A stretch of DNA of 21,433 bases from Chthoniobacteraceae bacterium (GTDB lineage: Bacteria; Verrucomicrobiota; Verrucomicrobiia; Chthoniobacterales; Chthoniobacteraceae): the NCBI GenBank assembly GCA_040081625.1, contig JBEBGD010000094.1, positions 1 through 21,433 of the forward strand. Reading direction: 5' to 3'. The position numbers and the translations under genes were made by a program. Shown here one piece after another: positions 8,524-16,106 of this stretch; the first letter of the stretch is position 1, and each line of letters opens with the position of its first letter. The notes beneath the pieces are model-generated. The model made no database searches. It saw nothing but the letters and a program-made list of their open reading frames with translations, and was not told where the DNA came from.

Positions 8524-9894
8524 ATGAAGTTCCTCTCCCTGATCATTTTCATCCTCCTGTCATTCACCGCCTTTGCCGGCGAGTTCAAAGTCGGCGCCGC
8601 ACAGGTCGATATCACGCCACCGGACGGCACGCCGATGGGTGGCTACTACAAGTTCCGGGCCGTCGGTGGCTTGCTCGATCCACTCTACGCGAAGACGATC
8701 GTCGTCGAGCAGGACGGCGCGCGCGCGGCGTTCGTGGTGCTCGATCTTTCCGGAACGACACGCCCGCTCGTCGCCGCGGCGCGCAAGCTCATCGCGGAGC
8801 AGTGCGGTTTGCCCGGCGATCGCGTGATGATCTCCGCGACGCACACGCACACGGGGCCGCAGTTGCCGCGCGGCTCGCTGATGGACGACATCACCAAAGT
8901 CACCACGCCACCCGGCCCGCAATACGTGAACGCGCTGCCCGGGCTCATCGCGAAATCGGTGAGCGATGCGATCGCGAAGCTCGCGCCGGCCCGGGCGAGC
9001 GCGGCCGTGGGCAAGGCCGAGGGCATCAGCTTCAACCGCCGCGTGATCGGCAAGGACGGGAAGTGCATTTGGCAACCGGCGAAGATCGATCCGGCAGTCG
9101 AGCGACCGGCCGGTCCGATAGATCCCGATCTTGGTCTGCTTGTGTTCGATCCCATCGCCGGGCCGGCGCCGTTCGCCGCGTATGTGAACTTCGCGATGCA
9201 CCCGACGAGCGTCGGGAGCGGTCCGCGCGTCTCGGCGGATTATCCCGGGGTGCTCGCGCGGCTGCTGCGCGAGCGCAAGAGCGCGGACATGATCGCCGTC
9301 TTCGCCAATGGCTGCTGCGGCAACATCAACCACACCGACTACCTCAGCGGAAAGCCGCGGCGAAACACGGAGCAACTCGGCGCCGCACTCGCTGACGTGG
9401 CGACGCAGTCGTGGCCGAACCTGCGAGCGATGAAGACTTACGCGCCGCGCGCGCGATCGACGACGCTCGCGCTGGAGCGGCGGAAGTTCAGCGAAGCGGA
9501 CATCGCGAAGGCGAAGGACATCGGGAACCGGATGTTCACCGAGAACTTCGGCACCGTGCCGATGGCGGAGGCGGTGTGCATTCTCGAGACGATCGCGAAA
9601 CAGGACGTGCCGCTCGAAGTGGAAGTGCAGGTCGTGGCGTTCAGCGACGATCTCGCCATCGTCTCGCTGCCGGGCGAGATTTTTGTCGAACTCGGGCTCG
9701 CGATCAAAGCGGCGTCGCCCTTCAAGCACACCTTCATCGCCGAGCTCGCGAATGGCAGCGCCGGCTACATCCCGAACCGCGAGGCTTACCCGCAGGGAAA
9801 CTACGAAGTCGTCAGCGCTCGCTGCGAAGTGGGCTCCGGTGAACGGCTCGTCGAAACGGCGCTCGGACTCCTAAAGGAACTGGCCCGGCCATGA
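8524..9894 (+). CDS. Secreted neutral/alkaline ceramidase-like metallo-amidohydrolase
   Basis: 456 aa. Sec signal MKFLSLIIFILLSFTAFA; VDITPP; DPLYAK; ISATHTHTGP; FNRR; VNFAMHPT; SADYPG; LPGEIFVE; ANG..GYIP..AY..G.YE. True substrate unknown. Confidence 0.85.
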   Translation: MKFLSLIIFILLSFTAFAGEFKVGAAQVDITPPDGTPMGGYYKFRAVGGLLDPLYAKTIVVEQDGARAAFVVLDLSGTTRPLVAAARKLIAEQCGLPGDRVMISATHTHTGPQLPRGSLMDDITKVTTPPGPQYVNALPGLIAKSVSDAIAKLAPARASAAVGKAEGISFNRRVIGKDGKCIWQPAKIDPAVERPAGPIDPDLGLLVFDPIAGPAPFAAYVNFAMHPTSVGSGPRVSADYPGVLARLLRERKSADMIAVFANGCCGNINHTDYLSGKPRRNTEQLGAALADVATQSWPNLRAMKTYAPRARSTTLALERRKFSEADIAKAKDIGNRMFTENFGTVPMAEAVCILETIAKQDVPLEVEVQVVAFSDDLAIVSLPGEIFVELGLAIKAASPFKHTFIAELANGSAGYIPNREAYPQGNYEVVSARCEVGSGERLVETALGLLKELARP

Positions 9895-11336
9895 TCCTCC
9901 GACTCGCACTTTTCCTCGCGCTCATCGTCCACGCCTTTGGCGCGGAGCGCCGGCCGAACATCCTCTGGCTCGTCGGCGAGAACCTCGACCTCGATCTCGG
10001 CTGCTACGGCGCGAAGCTCGTGCAAACGCCGAATCTCGACCGGCTCGCTGCGGACGGCGTGCGGTTCACGCGCGTGTTTGCCACGTCGCCGGTGTGCGCG
10101 CCGAGCCGCTCGGCGTTCTTCACGGGGATGTATCAGACGACGACCGACACGCATCACATGCGCTCGCATCGCACCGATGGATTCCGACTGCCGGATGGCG
10201 TGCGGCCGATCACGCACCGACTGCGCGACGCGGGCTACTTCACGGCGAATATCAAGAAGATCGGCGAGCGCGATGTCGGCACGGGCAAGCTCGACCTCAA
10301 CTTCGCCAACGAGGGACCGAACTACGAATCCGATGACTGGAGCGCGCTGAAATCGCGGCAGCCCTTCTTCGCAGTCGTGAATTCGCACGAGGCCGAATAC
10401 GACATCTACGACCGGCGGAGCGCGAAGAAGGAGCGCGTCGAATGGGTCGGCGAGCGAGAGCATCCGCAGATCGCGACGCCGGAGAATGTCACGCCGCCGC
10501 CTTACTACCCGGATCATCCCATCGTGCGCGCGGAGTGGGCGCGGTATCTCAACTCCGTTTCCGGCATGGACCGGCGCATCGGCTGGGTGCTCGAGAAGCT
10601 GCGCGCGGACGGGCTCGAGGAAGACACGATCGTGATCTTCTTCGGCGACAATGGCCGCATGGAACCGCGAGGCATTCATTGGTGCTACGACAGCGGACTG
10701 CACGTGCCGATGATCGTCCGCTGGCCGAAGAACTTCCCCGCACCACCGAAGATCAAACCGGGCGTGGTGAACGAGCAGGTCGTCAGCGTGCTCGACGTGA
10801 CTGCGACGACACTCGGCTTCGCGGGAGTGCCGCGCCCGTCGCTCATGCAGAGCCGCAACATCTTTTCCGACCCGCCGCGCGAATACGCATTCAGCGCGCG
10901 CGATCGCATCGACGAGACGGTGCTGCGCATCCGTTCGGTGCGCGACACGCGCTGGCGCTACATCCGCAATTTCACTCCGGGCCCGACCTACGCATCGCTG
11001 AATCGCTACAAGGAGAAGTGCTTCATCGTCATCCCGCTGATGCGCGAGTTGCACGCACTGGGAAAACTCACCGGTCCGCCCGCAGACTTGATGTCGATGC
11101 GCGGCCCGGGCGAGGAGCTTTACGACACCGCCGCCGACCCGCACGAAATCAGCAACCTCGCCGCCGATCCGCAGCACCGCGACACGCTGCTCCGTCTGCG
11201 CGCCGCGCTCGATGCGTGGATGACCGAGACGAAGGATCGCGGCGACTTGCCGGAGCCGGCGGAAGTGGTCGCGCCGTTTGAAAAGGAGATGCACGAGTGG
11301 TTTGGCACGCCGAAGTGGGCGGAGAAGACTCGGTGA
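9891..11336 (+). CDS. Formylglycine-dependent (Cys-type, S1 family) sulfatase, secreted
   Basis: 481 aa. Signal peptide; RPNILW; TPNLDRLAADGVRF; CAPSRSAFFTG (Cys codon 10095); GDNG; LHVPMIVRWP; EELYD..DPHEISNLA. ATGA overlap with the upstream gene. Confidence 0.93.
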   Translation: MILRLALFLALIVHAFGAERRPNILWLVGENLDLDLGCYGAKLVQTPNLDRLAADGVRFTRVFATSPVCAPSRSAFFTGMYQTTTDTHHMRSHRTDGFRLPDGVRPITHRLRDAGYFTANIKKIGERDVGTGKLDLNFANEGPNYESDDWSALKSRQPFFAVVNSHEAEYDIYDRRSAKKERVEWVGEREHPQIATPENVTPPPYYPDHPIVRAEWARYLNSVSGMDRRIGWVLEKLRADGLEEDTIVIFFGDNGRMEPRGIHWCYDSGLHVPMIVRWPKNFPAPPKIKPGVVNEQVVSVLDVTATTLGFAGVPRPSLMQSRNIFSDPPREYAFSARDRIDETVLRIRSVRDTRWRYIRNFTPGPTYASLNRYKEKCFIVIPLMRELHALGKLTGPPADLMSMRGPGEELYDTAADPHEISNLAADPQHRDTLLRLRAALDAWMTETKDRGDLPEPAEVVAPFEKEMHEWFGTPKWAEKTR

Positions 11337-11338
11337 CG

Positions 11339-12451
11339 ATGCGCTCGCGACGTCATTTCCTGTATCAACTCGCCGCCGCTGCAACGGACATGGCGGCAAG
11401 TGCGGATCGCTGCTTCACCGTCGCGCAGCGCGGCGGGCGCTGGTGGTTCATCACGCCGGGGGGCGCGCCGTTCTTTTCGCTCGGGTTCAATCACATCGAC
11501 TCCGCGCCGCTGCGCGAGGCCGGGAGCGGCGAAATCTGGAGCGCGAAGTATGGCAACTCTATCGAGCGCTGGCTCAAGGAAGCGGTCGCGCCGGACCTGC
11601 GCGCGTGGGGCTTCAACTCGGTCGGCTGGACGCAGGAGGTCGTCATCCGCGGTGGCTCGATCCATCGGCACTCGCCGTCGTTTACGCTCGAGGAATACCA
11701 GTGGCTCGGGCTGCCTTACTGTCACCTGCTGCCGTTCGCGGAGACGCACCAGTGGGAGAATGAGACGCGGCATCCCGATTTCTTCAGCAAGGATTTCGAG
11801 GACTGGTGCGACTACGTCGCGCGCAGCCAGTGCGCGCGCTTCGCGGACGATCCGAAGCTGATCGGATACTTCTACACGGACTGTCCGGCGTGGGTTCACA
11901 CGAAGCCGCCGAACGCGTGGAAGGGGCCGCTCTTCGACCCGGCGAAATTCGCGACCGACGCGGGCAAGGCCGAGTTGCGCAAGCTCGCGACGCGCTACTA
12001 TCAGGTGACGCACGATGCGATCCGCCGCTACGACGCGCATCATCTCATCCTCGGCGACCGCTACGAAGCCAACGCGCCGTTGCCCGTGGAAGTCGTCGAG
12101 TCCGCGAAGCCGTTCGTGGACGTGCTGTGCTTCCAGGATTTCAGGGAACCCGTGAAGCATCTCGCCGAGTGGCACTCGCTGACTGGCAAGCCGGTGCTGT
12201 GGGCCGACGGCGCGCGCAGCGTGCCGATGCAAGGGAGCAAGGCGATGCGCAATGACGGTGCGTGGTATGCGGAGCGGTTGCGCGCGCTGCGCGAAAATCC
12301 CGGCTGCATCGGCGTGCATCTCTGCGGCGCGTATCTGCGGAACAACGCGCGCCACCGCGGCCTGCGCGACGCGCGCGAGCTTCCCGACGAGGAAAACATC
12401 GCGCTCATCACCGCGGCGAACCGCGAGACGACTGCGTGGGTGCCGCGCTAA
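11339..12451 (+). CDS. GH50/agarase-like (clan GH-A type) TIM-barrel protein with twin-Arg-like leader
   Basis: Start ATG 11339, or GTG 11333 overlapping the upstream TGA. SRRHFL; GRWWFITPGGAPFFSLG; LRAWGFNSVG; DDPKLIGYF; YYQVTHDAIRRYDAHHLILGDRY; VDVLCF; TGKPVL; NPGCIGVH, all patterns of GH50-like catalytic barrels. Substrate not assignable. Confidence 0.75.
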   Translation: MRSRRHFLYQLAAAATDMAASADRCFTVAQRGGRWWFITPGGAPFFSLGFNHIDSAPLREAGSGEIWSAKYGNSIERWLKEAVAPDLRAWGFNSVGWTQEVVIRGGSIHRHSPSFTLEEYQWLGLPYCHLLPFAETHQWENETRHPDFFSKDFEDWCDYVARSQCARFADDPKLIGYFYTDCPAWVHTKPPNAWKGPLFDPAKFATDAGKAELRKLATRYYQVTHDAIRRYDAHHLILGDRYEANAPLPVEVVESAKPFVDVLCFQDFREPVKHLAEWHSLTGKPVLWADGARSVPMQGSKAMRNDGAWYAERLRALRENPGCIGVHLCGAYLRNNARHRGLRDARELPDEENIALITAANRETTAWVPR

Positions 12452-12489
12452 GATTCCCCGCGCCGCTCGATCAATTCAGCGCCGCGTTC

Positions 12490-14937
12490 ATGCGTTCCCT
12501 CCCGATCCTCTTCATCGCCTTCGCTTCCGCCGCTGCTTCGCCGGTCGATTTCAACCGCGACGTGCAGCCGTTGCTCTCGGAGAATTGTTTCCACTGCCAC
12601 GGGCAGGACGCGAACAAACGCGAGGCGGACCTTCGGCTCGATCGCAAGGACGGGCTCTATCGCGCGGCGGATGGCGTGACGATCGTGAAGCCGGGCGACG
12701 TGGCGAACTCCGAATTACTCACGCGCATCTTTTCCACCGACCGGGACGACGTGATGCCGCCGCCGAAGTCGCATCGCTCGTTGACCGACGCGCAGAAGCA
12801 GACGCTCAAGCGCTGGGTCGAGGAAGGCGCGCCGTGGAGCGAGCATTGGGCCTTCGTCGCTCCGCGCAAACCGGCGGGAGATTCCATCGACGAGTTCGTC
12901 CGCGCGCGGCTGGCTAAGGAAGGTTTGAAGCCGTCGCCCGAGGCGGACAGGGCGAGGCTGATCCGGCGCGTGACGTTCGATCTGACTGGGTTGCCGCCGA
13001 CGACGGAGGAAGCGGATGCGTTCGTCGCGGACCCGTCGCCGCAGGCTTACGAGAAAGTCGTCGAGCGTCTGCTCGCGAGCCCGCGCTACGGCGAGCGGTG
13101 GGCTTGGGACTGGCTGGACGCGGCACGTTACGCGGACACGAATGGCTACCAGGGCGATCCCGAGCGCACGATGTGGCCGTGGCGCGATTGGGTGACGAAG
13201 GCGATCAACGCGAACATGCCTTACGATCAATTCACGATCTGGCAGCTCGCGGGCGATCTCCTGCCGCATGCGACGCCCGAGCAGAAGCTCGCGACCGGCT
13301 TTCACCGCAACCACATGATGAACGGCGAAGGCGGCCGCATCGCGGAAGAGACGCGCGTGGAGAATGTCTTCGATCGCGTGGAGACGACCGGCATGGTGTG
13401 GATGGGGCTCACGGTCGGCTGCTGCCGGTGCCACGATCACAAGTTCGATCCGCTCAGCCAGCGCGACTACTTCGCGCTCTACGATTTCTTCAACCAGACC
13501 TCCGAGACCGGCCAGGGGCGCGGCGGGCAGGCGACCCCAGCGCTCGACATGTCCACGCCTGCGGAGGTCGAGCGCAACAAGAAGGCCGAGGAGAAGGTCG
13601 CGGCGGTCGCGGCGGAAGTGGACGCGTTCGAGCTGACGAAGTTCCCGCGCCCCGAAGGCAAGCCGCTGAGCGAATCCGCCGCGATCAACCTGCCCGGCAA
13701 TCTGTCCGCGACGCTCGCGAAGACCGAGCCGAAGAAGCGCGGCGTGGACGCGCTGCTCGAGTCGATCGCGTATTTCAAAGACAAGGACGCCGACTACACG
13801 AAGCAGCTCGACAAGCTGCTCAAGGCCGTGCGCGAGCGCGATACCGCGGGTAAGAACATCACGCGCGTGATGATCATGGACACGCTCAAGGAGCCGCGCG
13901 CGACTTTTATCCTGAGCAAGGGCGCCTACGACAAACCGACCGACGTGAAAGTGACCGCCGGCACGCCCGCGAGCCTGCCGGCGATGTCCACCGACGCGCA
14001 ACGCGACCGACTCGGGCTCGCCCGCTGGCTCGTCGCGAGCGAGAATCCGCTCACCGCGCGCGTGACCGTGAACCGGTTCTGGCAGGCGTTTTTCGGCACC
14101 GGCCTCGTGAAGACGGTCGAGGATTTCGGCGTGCAGGGCGAGAAGCCGTCGCACCCGGAGATGCTCGACTGGCTCGCGGTGCAGTTCGTCGAGAGCGGCT
14201 GGGATGTGAAGGCGCTGCACAAGCTCATCGTAACGAGCGCGACGTATCGGCAATCGTCGCGAGTCACGCCGCAGCTCGTCGAGCGCGACCCGGAAAACCG
14301 CCTGCTCGCGCGTGGCCCGCGCTTCCGCCTTCCCTCATGGATGCTCCGCGACCAGGCGCTCGCCATCTCCGGCCTGCTCGTGGACAAACCCGGTGGCCCG
14401 GCGGTGATGCCGTATCAGCCGGAGGGCATCTGGGAGGAGGCGACCTTCGGCAAGAAGAGCTACAAGCAGGACCACGGCGAGTCGCTTTATCGCCGCAGCC
14501 TTTACACATTCTGGCGGCGCATCGTGGGACCGACGATGTTCTTCGACAACACGTCGCGGCAGACCTGCTACGTGCGCTCGATCCTCACGAACACGCCGCT
14601 GCACGCGCTGACGACGCTGAACGAAACGACCTACGTCGAAGCCGCGCGGATGCTGGCGCAGCGCGTGATGCTCGCCGGGAAAGACGACGCGGCGCGGCTG
14701 CGGCAGGTCTTCAAGCTTGCCGTCGCGCGCGACATCCAGCCGGAGGAATCCGCGCTGCTCTTGAAGCGGCTTGATGCATTGAAAGCGCAATTCCACGCGA
14801 ACACCGACGGCGCGCAGAAGCTCCTCAGCGTCGGCGAATCCAAGCGCGACGAATCGCTCGCGCCCGCCGAGCACGCCGCGTGGACTGCGCTCTGTCAGCT
14901 CGTGCTGAACCTCGACGAAACCATCACCAAGCCATGA
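12490..14937 (+). CDS. Planctomycete-type cytochrome c protein: PSCyt1 + DUF1549 (PSCyt2) + DUF1553 (PSD1)
   Basis: 815 aa from ATG 12490 (signal [17 protein letters not shown]). [20 protein letters not shown] (CxxCH 12586-12600); [43 protein letters not shown] (13420-13434); [41 protein letters not shown]. Confidence 0.95.
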   Translation: MRSLPILFIAFASAAASPVDFNRDVQPLLSENCFHCHGQDANKREADLRLDRKDGLYRAADGVTIVKPGDVANSELLTRIFSTDRDDVMPPPKSHRSLTDAQKQTLKRWVEEGAPWSEHWAFVAPRKPAGDSIDEFVRARLAKEGLKPSPEADRARLIRRVTFDLTGLPPTTEEADAFVADPSPQAYEKVVERLLASPRYGERWAWDWLDAARYADTNGYQGDPERTMWPWRDWVTKAINANMPYDQFTIWQLAGDLLPHATPEQKLATGFHRNHMMNGEGGRIAEETRVENVFDRVETTGMVWMGLTVGCCRCHDHKFDPLSQRDYFALYDFFNQTSETGQGRGGQATPALDMSTPAEVERNKKAEEKVAAVAAEVDAFELTKFPRPEGKPLSESAAINLPGNLSATLAKTEPKKRGVDALLESIAYFKDKDADYTKQLDKLLKAVRERDTAGKNITRVMIMDTLKEPRATFILSKGAYDKPTDVKVTAGTPASLPAMSTDAQRDRLGLARWLVASENPLTARVTVNRFWQAFFGTGLVKTVEDFGVQGEKPSHPEMLDWLAVQFVESGWDVKALHKLIVTSATYRQSSRVTPQLVERDPENRLLARGPRFRLPSWMLRDQALAISGLLVDKPGGPAVMPYQPEGIWEEATFGKKSYKQDHGESLYRRSLYTFWRRIVGPTMFFDNTSRQTCYVRSILTNTPLHALTTLNETTYVEAARMLAQRVMLAGKDDAARLRQVFKLAVARDIQPEESALLLKRLDALKAQFHANTDGAQKLLSVGESKRDESLAPAEHAAWTALCQLVLNLDETITKP

Positions 14938-16106
14938 CGAATGAGCGGCAGCGAGATCCCGTCGGCGAAATGAATCCCCGCATCAGCCGCCGGGCATTTG
15001 TCCGCGCATCCACCGGTGCGGCGCTCGCACACGCCGCAGCAGCAGCGGCGGTGCCGAAGGTTTTCCGCCTATGGGCGATCGGCGACGCGCACGTCGGCAC
15101 CGATCTCGCGCGCAAACGCGAGTCGCTCGCGGATGCGATCCGGCAATCCGAGCAGGCCTTCGAGTGGGACATCGCGCTGAACGTCGGCGACTTCTCCGGC
15201 AACCAGGCGCCGCCCGTGGATGACGAGGGGCGCGAGGTCGTCCGCCAATATGCGGTGGCGACGAAGCACCGGCGCGAGCACTTCTACGATCTCGTCGGCA
15301 ACCACGACGCGAGCGGGCCGGACGAGGAGACGCAGTGGTGGTTCCGCAAGTGGATCGATCCGACGGGCGAGAACACGCGCTTCTCCGGCGTCGATGCAAC
15401 GCGGCGGCCGTATCCGGTGACGGGCACGTGGGAGCGATACGAGTTTCGTGTCGGCAATCTGCTCTTCCTCGTCATGGGCGACCGCAATGACGGCGGGCCG
15501 CCGGTCGGACGTGGAAAACGCGGTGGCTATCCCTCGGGGGCGGTGACGGGCGAGACGTTTGCGTGGTGGAGGCAGCGCGTCGAGGCGGAGCGCGAATCGA
15601 TCATCCTCTCGGCGCATCACCACATGCTGCGCGAGACGACGGTCGGCTCGGGCGACTGGGAGGGCTTGATCAAGAATCCGGACGGAACGCTGACGAGCCG
15701 CTACCACGGCCATCAACCCGATGGCGGCAGTTGGGAAGGCGCGTCGTATCTCTACTACGTGGATGGCAAACCGAAGGCGATGGCCTTCGAGCGCTACCTC
15801 GAGGCGAATCCCGGCGCGATCGACCTGTGGATCGGCGGCCACACTCACTCGCATCCCGACGACGACTTCAATGGACGCACGCACATCGAGCGCAAGTGGG
15901 ACGCGACGTTCATCAATTGCTGCGCGCTCACCCGCTTCCACGCCGCGACGCGCGCGCGACCGATGAGCCGCCTGCTCACGTTCACCGACGGCAGCCCCGA
16001 GGTGCGCGTGCAGTGCTTCCTGCACACCTCGCAGCACGCGCCGCAGGGCTGGTATCCGAAAGCCGGGCGCGTCATTCGTTTGGGCAAACCATTTCGCATT
16101 ACATGA
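14934..16106 (+). CDS. Calcineurin-like metallophosphoesterase, Tat-exported
   Basis: Start ATG 14934 (ATGA overlap; alternative 14970). SRRAFV leader. All five metal motifs are present: GDAH, VGDF, GNHD, SAHHH, GGHTH. Confidence 0.88.
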   Translation: MTNERQRDPVGEMNPRISRRAFVRASTGAALAHAAAAAAVPKVFRLWAIGDAHVGTDLARKRESLADAIRQSEQAFEWDIALNVGDFSGNQAPPVDDEGREVVRQYAVATKHRREHFYDLVGNHDASGPDEETQWWFRKWIDPTGENTRFSGVDATRRPYPVTGTWERYEFRVGNLLFLVMGDRNDGGPPVGRGKRGGYPSGAVTGETFAWWRQRVEAERESIILSAHHHMLRETTVGSGDWEGLIKNPDGTLTSRYHGHQPDGGSWEGASYLYYVDGKPKAMAFERYLEANPGAIDLWIGGHTHSHPDDDFNGRTHIERKWDATFINCCALTRFHAATRARPMSRLLTFTDGSPEVRVQCFLHTSQHAPQGWYPKAGRVIRLGKPFRIT

